From an archaeon GW2011_AR10 (GTDB lineage Archaea; Iainarchaeota; Iainarchaeia; Iainarchaeales; GW2011-AR10): 32,000 bases of DNA. The translations under genes and the position numbers were made by a program. The number at the start of each line of letters is the position of its first letter. Positions within the stretch are counted from its first letter, which is position 1. The stretch is taken from assembly GCA_000830275.1 (NCBI GenBank), contig CP010424.1:960001-992000 (forward strand), given 5' to 3'. The notes beneath the pieces were generated by a model that saw nothing but the letters and a program-made list of their open reading frames with translations, did not search any database and was not told the DNA's origin. This document shows, piece by piece, positions 1 to 7,940 of this stretch.

Positions 1-185
1 CTCTGCCCATTGCACTGAAAATAGCAATTGCTTCCAACATCTACTCGCTGGCAAAGCGCATCATCCCTTGTTAGGCCCGTACTGCCAGTCCACCAAGTGC
101 AGGAAGCCGCTGAAGCAAAAGAAAAAAGCGCAACTGCTGCCAGAAAAAAAACCAAATATTTGAATTGAAAACGTTTTGCAATCAT
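1..185 (-). CDS. partial (N-terminal part only) secreted/membrane protein; runs off the left edge
   Basis: Not in the ORF track. Minus-strand ATG at 185-183, then MIAKRFQFKYLVFFLAAVALFSFASAASCTWW. A charged N-terminus plus hydrophobic core resembles a signal peptide or lipobox. The frame stays open to position 1. Confidence 0.3.
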   Translation of the reverse strand, partial: MIAKRFQFKYLVFFLAAVALFSFASAASCTWWTGSTGLTRDDALCQRVDVGSNCYFQCNGQ

Positions 186-227
186 TTCAATAAAAATAAC
201 GTTATCTGATTAATAAACTTAATTGGC

Positions 228-347
228 TCATTTGCCCTGCGATGCTTGCTTCTTTTTCTCGAGCTCGTGGTTCATTTCATGGGCTTTAAGGTTTGGCTCT
301 TGCACCATTTCACCGCACTGAACGCATTTCCTTGATTTGATTTCCAT
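228..347 (-). CDS. 39-aa C2H2-like zinc-finger micro-protein (hypothetical)
   Basis: Below the track size cutoff. Hand translation gives MEIKSRKCVQCGEMVQEPNLKAHEMNHELEKKKQASQGK. The spacing is C-x2-C-x11-H-x3-H. Confidence 0.35.
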   Translation of the reverse strand: MEIKSRKCVQCGEMVQEPNLKAHEMNHELEKKKQASQGK

Positions 348-486
348 AAAAAGAAATCGCCGAGAAAAGAATTTAAATCAAGGGTTTTCAAACCAGTTTA
401 TCCGCAAAGCCTTGGAACCTGAACAAATTTAAAGCAGCGGAATTCGTTAGATTTAAAATAAAATCAACCAATAGAATAGTGGCAAT

Positions 487-837
487 ATGTCGGCTGAAAA
501 GAAGTTTGGCTCGAAGACGCACTACATAGCTATAATAGTGGTAGGGGCAGCGGTTTTCATTGCATTTAACCTTTACTCTTCCCAGGCAATGAGCGAGGAA
601 GAAAAATCTGTGGAAACAGTAAAGCAGTTTCTTTCCAACCATGGTTTAATGCAGGAAAAAATGCAGGCAGTGGAAGGTTGGCTTGCAAAAAAATACAGGA
701 ACGGCTATTATCGCGTTAGGTTTTCAGAAGAGGGCCCCACCGACCCGCAAGGACTAATATTTGAGGTAGACATAAACACAGAGGAAGTCAAGCCAGTGAA
801 TGAGCCTGCAAAAGAATTAGTGGAATTAAGTGAATAA
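487..837 (+). CDS. hypothetical membrane-anchored protein
   Basis: Track ORF. It has one N-terminal TM helix (YIAIIVVGAAVFIAF) followed by an acidic soluble domain. The antisense ORF 388..642 looks spurious. Confidence 0.55.
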   Translation: MSAEKKFGSKTHYIAIIVVGAAVFIAFNLYSSQAMSEEEKSVETVKQFLSNHGLMQEKMQAVEGWLAKKYRNGYYRVRFSEEGPTDPQGLIFEVDINTEEVKPVNEPAKELVELSE

Positions 838-854
838 CCATTAGGGCTTGAACT

Positions 855-1055
855 CTATTTTGGTTTGCTGAACAAAAGTTCCACTTCAGCTGAGCCTCTC
901 GGGTTGACTCTTGCATTAAGGTGCTTCTTGAACTCATTTGATGGATCCTGCTTCAGTAGCTGGGCAGCAGACCACTTTAACGCGTTCTCTGTTTCAGTTG
1001 GAGAACCCCAGTTAATGTCCCTTGACCTAACAGCAGGAATGTTTAACTCCAACAC
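855..1055 (-). CDS. hypothetical small protein
   Basis: Track ORF of 66 aa with ordinary composition. The opposite-strand ORF 865..1059 is less protein-like. No recognisable motif. Confidence 0.3.
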   Translation of the reverse strand: MLELNIPAVRSRDINWGSPTETENALKWSAAQLLKQDPSNEFKKHLNARVNPRGSAEVELLFSKPK

Positions 1056-1146
1056 CTGAAGCTCCGCGTGGGTTAGCTTGAATTTTTTGCCGAAAAGAAG
1101 CAGGTTGGCTTAGTTTTTTGCAGAAGAAATAAATACTTCCTGAAAC

Positions 1147-1245
1147 TTTATTCATCAATGAGGAGAATTTATTCATCAATGAGGAGAAGGAACATGGCGA
1201 AAGTTGTTTCATCAATGAGAAGAAGGAAAATAGCGAAAATTGTTG
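1147..1245. repeat. tandem repeat: 21-bp unit x2 perfect, nested in a 36-bp unit x2 imperfect
   Basis: TTTATTCATCAATGAGGAGAA occurs at 1147-1167 and again at 1168-1188. CATCAATGAGGAGAAGGAACATGGCGAAAGTTGTTT (1174-1209) matches 1210-1245 with about 5 mismatches. The repeat encodes SSMRRR(N/K)(M/I)AK(V/I)V. Confidence 0.8.
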
Positions 1246-1550
1246 GGGGAAAAGGCCATCTTACTTTTAGAAGGGGCCCAGCCATTCCGCCAAAGCAGAG
1301 AACACAGAGGGTTCCAACCGCAAAAGAAGCCGAGACTTTGGCTGGGTTGGTGAATTCTAAATCCTTTAATCAGCACAGACAAATTGTGGGAGACTGGCTT
1401 AATTTGTTTAAAAAAACCAGAAGCAAAAAAAGAAGACTGTATTTATGGGATAGGCTGAATCTTGCAGTTGCAGACTCATGGGGCATTGCGCATAAAACAG
1501 GAATAGGCAAACCAAAGCCATTCACAAAAGCAATGATTCCAAAAAAATAA
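1158..1550 (+). CDS. basic hypothetical protein with repeat-containing N-terminus; paralog of 4230..4598
   Basis: Track ORF. The C-terminus LYLWDRLNLAVADSWGIAHKTGIGKPKPFTKAMIPKK aligns with LELWQKMNKVAAKSWGVNLNSQGLFTRSMIPKK of 4230..4598. The start is ambiguous among ATGs at 1158, 1179, 1194 and 1215. Confidence 0.6.
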   Translation: MRRIYSSMRRRNMAKVVSSMRRRKIAKIVGGKGHLTFRRGPAIPPKQRTQRVPTAKEAETLAGLVNSKSFNQHRQIVGDWLNLFKKTRSKKRRLYLWDRLNLAVADSWGIAHKTGIGKPKPFTKAMIPKK

Positions 1551-1951
1551 TGGGCAAGAAAATGCCGAAACGAATGCCGCCAGAAATTACAAGTGAAGCA
1601 AAGCCAAGGCAGTTTAAGAGTTTTCGTTTAAGCGAAAAGGGCAGAAGAGTTAAACCTAAGGGAAAACTTGAGCAATCTTTGGCTGAAGGAAAAGTTCCAA
1701 AGGGAGCAAGAATATTTCTTTACCCATCTCACGGCGGAACTGCACCATTCTATCTCTACACTAGGAGATATGGGCAAAAGAAAAAACCGGTTTCACTTGT
1801 ATTGGATTTTAGGCAGATACCATCAATAAAACAAAAAGAAATTGAAATCGTTGTAGAAAAAATTGGATTAAAGCATATTGCAGAGCAAGGAAGGTTAATT
1901 GTGAAAACCAGGCAACATTGGGGTTCTATAAGGAAAGCTGTGCACAAATAG
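1550..1951 (+). CDS. basic hypothetical protein
   Basis: Track ORF. Its start overlaps the upstream stop (TAATG), suggesting translational coupling with 1158..1550. Lys/Arg-rich. Confidence 0.55.
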   Translation: MGKKMPKRMPPEITSEAKPRQFKSFRLSEKGRRVKPKGKLEQSLAEGKVPKGARIFLYPSHGGTAPFYLYTRRYGQKKKPVSLVLDFRQIPSIKQKEIEIVVEKIGLKHIAEQGRLIVKTRQHWGSIRKAVHK

Positions 1952-1993
1952 AAATAGGTAAACAATTAATTCTAGAAAACAATTAACTTTTAC

Positions 1994-2692
1994 ATGTTAA
2001 GGACAACTAGGAGAAAATTTATTACAAACACTGTTAAAGTGGCTGGTTTGGGGGCAGTGCTGTACGGAGGGCTGCGATTCAGGCGGTTTCTGAAAAAGCG
2101 AAAGATGGACCGGGGTTTTATCGCTGGTCAAGAAATTTTCATAGAAAAAGGCGTTAAACCCATAGAAGCCGAAAACCTTGCAACAGTATTCGAGTTTGCT
2201 GCCGGGATTGACAAAAAACTCAAGGACTGGTATTCAACCCACAAAAGCACCATTGCTGTGGTAATTGACATTGAAAAAATGCTTTCAGACGCCTCCACAA
2301 TCCCGCCAAAGCACAGGAAACAATGGGAACAGGACCTCAAGAAACACAAGGCAAAGACTCTTATCGGCGGAGATGAGGAACGAATAATCGTTATAGACAA
2401 TGACGCACTCAAGAACAGTGCAATGGCATTTAATGTCGTGACAAGGCAACTCTATACCCTGCAAATGGCAGGGGAAGCACGCAAGAAAGGAATACTAACT
2501 GATCAAATTTATTACGAAATCATACCAAAAATAGCTGAGAAAAAAACACAAACTCTCTTCAAAATCTACGAAATAGCCTTGGCCGAAACGCTTAAAAAAA
2601 ACCCTGAAAACAAGATGTACCAAGAAATGTACAGGGATTTGGAAGCTATAAGGAAGAACCGCAAACCTGTTGGGGGCACTCCTTGGATTTGA
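1994..2692 (+). CDS. hypothetical protein with twin-arginine-like signal/anchor
   Basis: The N-terminus MLRTTRRKFITNTVKVAGLGAVLYGG resembles a Tat motif (RRxF plus a hydrophobic stretch). The rest is a helical, Lys-rich orphan. Confidence 0.55.
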   Translation: MLRTTRRKFITNTVKVAGLGAVLYGGLRFRRFLKKRKMDRGFIAGQEIFIEKGVKPIEAENLATVFEFAAGIDKKLKDWYSTHKSTIAVVIDIEKMLSDASTIPPKHRKQWEQDLKKHKAKTLIGGDEERIIVIDNDALKNSAMAFNVVTRQLYTLQMAGEARKKGILTDQIYYEIIPKIAEKKTQTLFKIYEIALAETLKKNPENKMYQEMYRDLEAIRKNRKPVGGTPWI

Positions 2693-2704
2693 ATAGATAA
2701 AACA

Positions 2705-3418
2705 TTGAACGGTGAAAATTTGCAGAGAAAGAAAGTACCAGCAAGTAAGCCGGCAAACAGACCATTAACTGATTCTGATATTGCCGGAAGAGAACGGTTT
2801 CCTGGAAAAAGCGAATATTTATGGTATGTTAGAGCAAAATTGGCAGAGAACGTAGAAGGAGCTCCAAAATTAACTGAAGAGCGATTGCTTCAAGGAAGAA
2901 AAAGTATTGAAAGAGCTGCGGCGAGTATTAGAGAAGACAAAAATGCAACACAAGAACATGGAACCCAAAAACAGCAAAGAACAAAAACTATCCATGAATT
3001 GGGGGGAGAACTACTAGAAGACATGAAGCGAACAGCAAGACCCATTAACAGCCAAGATCCAGACGAACGTTTACACGGAGTTGAAAATCTTTTTTCAATA
3101 TTGAAAACAATGAATTATCGCTCAAAGCAGAGGTTTGTTGGAAGGCAGATATTTGAAAGGCTTGCTTTAACGGACCCTAGCGCACTGGTTAGGCGCGAAG
3201 CAGTTTCTGTCTTAGGGGCATTGCATGAAATTGACAGCATTCCAGTTGTAAGAGAAGCACTAAAAGACCCTAACAGAGCAGTTCAAAAAATGGCTGGAAA
3301 AGTTTTGATGAAATTAGAAAAAACTAAAAAAGCTGTAGAGGCAAGCTTGAGGAACCAGGGAAAATTAAGAAACCCAGCAGTGGGAAAAATTTCACATAAT
3401 GTGAGGCTGAAAGGTTGA
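2705..3418 (+). CDS. HEAT-repeat (PBS-lyase-type) protein
   Basis: The C-terminal half DPSALVRREAVSVLGALHEIDSIPVVREALKDPNRAVQKMAGKVL matches the HEAT_PBS repeat pattern (DxxxxVRxxAxxxLG). The start is a TTG taken from the track; no nearby ATG exists. Confidence 0.6.
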   Translation: MNGENLQRKKVPASKPANRPLTDSDIAGRERFPGKSEYLWYVRAKLAENVEGAPKLTEERLLQGRKSIERAAASIREDKNATQEHGTQKQQRTKTIHELGGELLEDMKRTARPINSQDPDERLHGVENLFSILKTMNYRSKQRFVGRQIFERLALTDPSALVRREAVSVLGALHEIDSIPVVREALKDPNRAVQKMAGKVLMKLEKTKKAVEASLRNQGKLRNPAVGKISHNVRLKG

Positions 3419-3430
3419 ATCAAAAGATTG

Positions 3431-3453
3431 TTATGTATCTACATTCTACATAA
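3431..3453. promoter_or_regulatory. 23-bp palindromic site TTATGTATCTACATTCTACATAA
   Basis: Inverted half-sites TTATGTA / TACATAA. It lies about 58 nt upstream of the ATG at 3511. A near-identical site occurs at 19437-19459. Confidence 0.45.
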
Positions 3454-3510
3454 TATATTTCTGCTGCACCCCCAATAATTTTTAAATACAGCTTTAACCT
3501 CTATTCTTCC

Positions 3511-3849
3511 ATGGCACGAAGCAGAACTAGGGGCGCTGAAAGGTCAGCAGCCCCACTAAAGAGAGGCTTTTTATTAAACGGTAAGAGGTTTGTAGAAAGC
3601 ACGGTTTTAAGGCAATCAAGGGAAAATCCAAAGCAATTAATTGCTCGTTTGGCGTACCCCAAAAACCAGGGGCGCATGGATTTGCGCATTGAAATTTCTT
3701 TTCCTGCCTATCCTAAATATACCTGTTCAGCAGAGGAAATACAAATTAAAGTAACTAATTCGAAATTGGAGCCAATTAGGCTTAACCCTGACGAAATACG
3801 CGATTTGAAACAGCGCTTAACTGTTTTGATTTTGCGCCATCTGCAGTAA
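3511..3849 (+). CDS. hypothetical protein
   Basis: Track ORF of 112 aa with an ATG start. Its 5' end carries the 22-nt segment shared with 19306-19327. Confidence 0.5.
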   Translation: MARSRTRGAERSAAPLKRGFLLNGKRFVESTVLRQSRENPKQLIARLAYPKNQGRMDLRIEISFPAYPKYTCSAEEIQIKVTNSKLEPIRLNPDEIRDLKQRLTVLILRHLQ

Positions 3850-3859
3850 TGTCAGGGCC

Positions 3860-4241
3860 AAAACACACTTACTTCTACATAACTAATTGCTGGCGTGGTT
3901 TCATTTTAGAGCACCCCAAAATTCCCTGCTCCGTGACACAAAGCCCCTTGGGTTTTTTGCTATCAATTTTTTCAAAAAACCAAAAAATCCCTTCGTAATT
4001 TTGCTGTATAATAGCAGTTATACGGCACTTTATATGTTTTTAGGGGGCTTACAATTCATATTGGAATTGGAGAAACGGAAGTGTGGAGGTTATTCTGGCG
4101 ATTTGACGCTGCTTATGGGTAGCTGAGCCTGAATTGCTGCTATAGAGGAGGTAGCTTAGAATTAGCTTTTGGAGATGGCTTCAAACGGAGCGCGGGAAGG
4201 CGCAAAAGGAGATTTGTGTTATGTAGAATTTAACGTGTTTT
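3860..4241. repeat. ORF-poor segment bounded by a 24-bp imperfect inverted repeat (MITE-like or ncRNA locus)
   Basis: AAAACACACTTACTTCTACATAAC (3860-3883) matches the reverse complement of 4218-4241 (AAAACACGTTAAATTCTACATAAC) at 20 of 24 positions; the inner 11 bp are perfect. It sits between convergent genes. The only ORF inside (3887..4126, TTG start) looks spurious. Confidence 0.5.
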
Positions 4242-4598
4242 AGTTGAAAATTTTTTAGGAATCATCGACCTTGTGAAAAGCCCCTGGGAATTTAGATTAA
4301 CGCCCCATGACTTCGCAGCAACCTTATTCATTTTCTGCCATAATTCGAGCTTTTTCGATGGGCTTGGCCTGTACCCAAATTGTCTGGCCAGCTCCCTGAA
4401 TAAATTGACTTGTTCCTGTGAATCCTGCTTAACCAACTCAGAAAGGCGTTTCACGCTAAGCAGAGTTGGCGGGTCTGCCCTAAGTGCAACCACCTTTTTC
4501 AGCGGCTTTCTAGGCCTGCTGCCTATTCTCGGAAACCCGCTTTTAGTAATTCCTTTCTTCAAAGAACCCAATCCTTCCCGATAAAACTTAAAAGCCAC
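4230..4598 (-). CDS. basic hypothetical protein; paralog of 1158..1550
   Basis: Track ORF sharing the C-terminal motif LW..(M/L)N.(V)A..SWG...(F)T..MIPKK. Its last codons overlap the right arm of the 3860-4241 inverted repeat. Confidence 0.6.
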   Translation of the reverse strand: MAFKFYREGLGSLKKGITKSGFPRIGSRPRKPLKKVVALRADPPTLLSVKRLSELVKQDSQEQVNLFRELARQFGYRPSPSKKLELWQKMNKVAAKSWGVNLNSQGLFTRSMIPKKFSTKTR

Positions 4599-4758
4599 TA
4601 TTCAATCAGCCCAAAAAGCCGTTTAAAGGTAACGGAGCAGGCGTTTTAAAAATCTGAAAATAGGATTTTCCTGTACGGCTGTCCTAGAATTTGTGTAATT
4701 ATCCAAATGCCTTCAAAAAACAGCACAATTAAATTGACCAAGTACCACAATAATTCGA

Positions 4759-5151
4759 ATGAAAGCAATTGCAATCTTCTTGATGGCTGCAGTTTTTCTT
4801 TTTGGCTGCACAACTCAAGGAACTGAAAATGGTTTCCTTGAAGGGCACATTGACATTGGGCCAATCTGCCCTGTTGAAAGCTTTCCTCCGGACCCCAGCT
4901 GTGAGCCAACAGAGCAAACATACTTGGCTTATGAGTTAACTGTTTACAAGTCCGCTGGCCCAATACAGCCAGCACTGGTTCAAGTAACGCAGTTCCACGG
5001 AGACAAGGACGGCAACTACAAAATTGAATTGGAATCAGGAACATACCAAGTAATGTACGAAGGCACAATCTCAAAATTCAATGAAACAGTTGAAATAAAG
5101 CCAAACGAAACAACAAGGCTTGACATCAGCATTGACACCGGCATTAGGTGA
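4759..5151 (+). CDS. secreted lipoprotein with carboxypeptidase-regulatory-like beta-sandwich
   Basis: Signal peptide plus lipobox (MKAIAIFLMAAVFLFGC). DGNYKIELESGTYQVMYEG is typical of CarboxypepD_reg-like domains. Confidence 0.6.
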   Translation: MKAIAIFLMAAVFLFGCTTQGTENGFLEGHIDIGPICPVESFPPDPSCEPTEQTYLAYELTVYKSAGPIQPALVQVTQFHGDKDGNYKIELESGTYQVMYEGTISKFNETVEIKPNETTRLDISIDTGIR

Positions 5152-5169
5152 AACTTATTTCTTGAAACA

Positions 5170-5547
5170 CTATTTTGGCAGCCTTCTCCTTGTGATTGGA
5201 AATTTTTTTCTCTTGCGGTTCCTGAATCGCTCAAGTTTTTCTGGGCCGTGCTTTTTTAGGAGCTCTTCCTTTAGGCGGGCCTGCTCTATAAACTGCCAAG
5301 ACTTTTCATTTAAATGAAGGAATTCTTCAGGCAACTGAGAGATATCAACCTTGATTCTTCTGCCTTTGGCATGCAATTGCTCTAACGCATTAACAAACTT
5401 GTCCAGTTCAGCTCTAACAGGTTCTGTAGGGTAATGGGGTTTATTTAATTCAAAAAACTCTTTTTGGAGGAGCAGAGCAGCGTAGGCTTCACTTAATTGC
5501 TGTGTAAGTTCCTGAATTGATTGTCTTTTTGCTAGAGGCTTAACCAT
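5170..5547 (-). CDS. hypothetical helical protein with basic tail
   Basis: Track ORF of 125 aa. It is the last gene of the co-directional block 8375-5170. Confidence 0.5.
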   Translation of the reverse strand: MVKPLAKRQSIQELTQQLSEAYAALLLQKEFFELNKPHYPTEPVRAELDKFVNALEQLHAKGRRIKVDISQLPEEFLHLNEKSWQFIEQARLKEELLKKHGPEKLERFRNRKRKKFPITRRRLPK

Positions 5548-5653
5548 AATACACTATTTTTCCTTAAACGCCTTAATAAAACGTCTGTACCTGGAAGGGC
5601 GCTCCGTCAAAACCAGAATTCTTTGACATGATAGAAAAGAAACAATAAGTTTC

Positions 5654-6262
5654 TCATGGCATTCTCCTGTTTCTCGGCAAAGGAAGTTTCCTTTTTGTTT
5701 CTAGCTCAGGGTGTTTTGCAAGAACGTTGCGCAAGGCCCTTTTGACGCTGCTTTCATGCAATGCCACTTCCTTGCCTAGCCCCTTTCTCTTGAGCGCTGC
5801 AAGGCATTGCTCCATCAAAATAGAATAGCTGCCTCTAGTGGCTGTTCCTTCCCTTAGCGCTTTCTCAATCGTGTCCTCGATTACTGTTTTTTGCGCGGTA
5901 GTGAACCTGACTTTCGAGGAGTTCCTTGAAACTGGCCTCCCGCTGCCTCTCCCAAACTGCTCTTTTTTCACGAACCCCATTTTTTGCAGAACAGGATCAG
6001 GGCTTTTCTTCAACGCTTCCTCAATTCGCAGGACTGCAAATCTTATGGTTCCTTTCTCTATGTTAATTCCTCGTCTTGCTAAAACCTTGGCCAAGCCCCT
6101 GTAAGACACTGTCCTACCATCAATCAAGTATTCAAATAGCTTCTGGTAAAGGGTCTTGGCTCTAGCAATTTCTTCTCTGGCAAAAAATATGTTTGTCTTG
6201 AATTCCAGTTCAATGGAATGCCCCTTGTAACGCAATAGTTTTTTTACAGCCATAAAAAACAT
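5654..6262 (-). CDS. hypothetical HTH-rich protein
   Basis: Track ORF. HTH-like stretches: VSYRGLAKVLARRGINIEKGTIRFAVLRI and ALHESSVKRALRNVL. An alternative start is ATG at 6253. Confidence 0.55.
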   Translation of the reverse strand: MFFMAVKKLLRYKGHSIELEFKTNIFFAREEIARAKTLYQKLFEYLIDGRTVSYRGLAKVLARRGINIEKGTIRFAVLRIEEALKKSPDPVLQKMGFVKKEQFGRGSGRPVSRNSSKVRFTTAQKTVIEDTIEKALREGTATRGSYSILMEQCLAALKRKGLGKEVALHESSVKRALRNVLAKHPELETKRKLPLPRNRRMP

Positions 6263-6272
6263 TGTCCTAAAA

Positions 6273-7451
6273 TTAACTGTTTCTTTTTGCGGCGACTCCT
6301 CTTTTTATTCGCAATAAATCCTGATTCACTTGCGGGGTGTTTTTCAGGCCCAAAAAATCTCTGACTTCAAACAAGTCAAACTGCCCTTTTCCATTCCCTT
6401 CAAAAAGCCACTCTGCATACACGCTTAAAGGAAGTTGTGTGGGAAAACCAACGTTGCCTCTTGCAATAACATCTTTCATTGTTGAGTTGCCGTTCCCGCT
6501 TTGAAACTGGAAGGCCTTCCTGAGGAAAGCTTCTTTTGCTAACCTCGCCCTATCCTTTGTATTGCGGGGAAGGTATGTAACCCTGGCCAACTTTTTTGCA
6601 GCCATCAGCAATCCCACATAGGACTTGCCAGACCTTTCATACCCTGTCTTGGTATCAAAGTCCCTCATTCTCCTGTGAATTTCCCTTGAACCCAACAGGG
6701 TCTTGTCCAGGAGCTCCAAAACAGTGTTCAATGCAGGGCTCCTTTTTTTCCTGCTGATTGCTTTAGCCGCCTCCCTTCTCCCCACTCGCTGATTGTCTTC
6801 ATCCGTTCTTTTGGAATACATTTTACAAAGCCCCGAGACCCTCTTCTCCATGGAATTGGTCAGCTCGGCAATTTGTTTTATGGAATAAGAGTAATCCAGT
6901 TTACCGTTGATTTTTGTTTTTTCCTTTAACAGGCCTAAAACTGTTTCCGCTGAAGTTTTTGCATTACTGCTGGAAATCGCCAGGTTTCTTAATTTTGTCG
7001 CCTTCCCCCTGCCCCTATCCCTATACTCGTTTCGTATTCCACTGACAGTGTGACGGTCAATTCCTACTTTGGCAGCAATCTGCGCCTGACTGAGCCGGGT
7101 TCCGCGCAATAAATTCCTTGTCTCTTCCACAACAGAGTTAAGCCCCACCCTTTCCAGTTTAGGGCCTGCATTGTCCCTCCTAATTTGCTCTATTTCGGCC
7201 TTTGTTCTTGCCCTAGTATGCGCTGCAATATCGGCAACCAGAGACGAGTTCATCCTAAGCTCTTTTGAAATCTTGCGGGATGTTAAATCGGTTTCAGCCA
7301 AGAGTTTCGCCGCCTTTTCAAACCTTTCAAAAGAGGTTAATGCCCGCGGCCTCTTTTCCTTAAAAGAACGGTAAGATGCTTCAAGGCCCAGGTTACCGAA
7401 TCGTTTCACTCTTTGTGGCAAAGTGCTTCTTGAAAGCTTTCGGCTTGCCAT
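6273..7451 (-). CDS. hypothetical multi-HTH protein (at least 3 helix-turn-helix-like repeats)
   Basis: The track ORF was trimmed to the internal ATG (MASRKLSR) because a TATA-like TTTATTATAC lies about 25 nt upstream. HTH-like units: LTSRKISKELRMNSSLVADI, LSQAQIAAKVGIDRHTVSGI, YSIKQIAELTNSMEKRVSGL. Confidence 0.6.
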   Translation of the reverse strand: MASRKLSRSTLPQRVKRFGNLGLEASYRSFKEKRPRALTSFERFEKAAKLLAETDLTSRKISKELRMNSSLVADIAAHTRARTKAEIEQIRRDNAGPKLERVGLNSVVEETRNLLRGTRLSQAQIAAKVGIDRHTVSGIRNEYRDRGRGKATKLRNLAISSSNAKTSAETVLGLLKEKTKINGKLDYSYSIKQIAELTNSMEKRVSGLCKMYSKRTDEDNQRVGRREAAKAISRKKRSPALNTVLELLDKTLLGSREIHRRMRDFDTKTGYERSGKSYVGLLMAAKKLARVTYLPRNTKDRARLAKEAFLRKAFQFQSGNGNSTMKDVIARGNVGFPTQLPLSVYAEWLFEGNGKGQFDLFEVRDFLGLKNTPQVNQDLLRIKRGVAAKRNS

Positions 7452-7535
7452 GAAAATAATAGTGTGATTTGGGTATAATAAAGTTTGGAAAAGTTTCAAA
7501 CAAGTGGCAAGTGGAATCGCCGCTGCCAAGAATTG

Positions 7536-7817
7536 CTAATTTCTTTTTTTTGTAACCGAAACTGAGTTGCCGCGCCTGTGCCCCTGAATTCTCCTTTTAA
7601 GCCTCTTAAGCGCATGGTCAATTGGTTCATCTAAGCCGACAACAACCTCTGTGCCTGGAGCAACCCCGCGAAACAGCCTCGGGTCCTTTGACCAAGCAAA
7701 TTTTCCCCTTGAAACCCTAACCTGTTTTTTCCCAAGCTCTTTTGGTTTATTGGGGTCTCTTGGCGCAAACTTTGAGTACTTAAGGACACGCTTGAAAGGC
7801 TTGTTTTTTCTCGGCAT
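7536..7817 (-). CDS. basic hypothetical protein
   Basis: Track ORF trimmed to the internal ATG (MPRKNKPFKR). Very Lys/Arg-rich. Confidence 0.45.
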   Translation of the reverse strand: MPRKNKPFKRVLKYSKFAPRDPNKPKELGKKQVRVSRGKFAWSKDPRLFRGVAPGTEVVVGLDEPIDHALKRLKRRIQGHRRGNSVSVTKKRN

Positions 7818-7940
7818 TAGTAAAAGGAATGGGGAAGTTGTTAATATAGTTATTTCACGAAATCGCAAGCCTTTCCCAAAAGTCAGCAAATTCTTCTTCC
7901 AACTGCACGAGGGGTCTTTCGTTTTCAGAACCCTTAGCCA

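Noticed and set aside
3887-4126. 79-aa plus-strand ORF inside the inverted-repeat-bounded element.
   Set aside because: It has a TTG start only, odd hydrophobic/aromatic composition and no motif. The region shares non-coding modules with other spacers.
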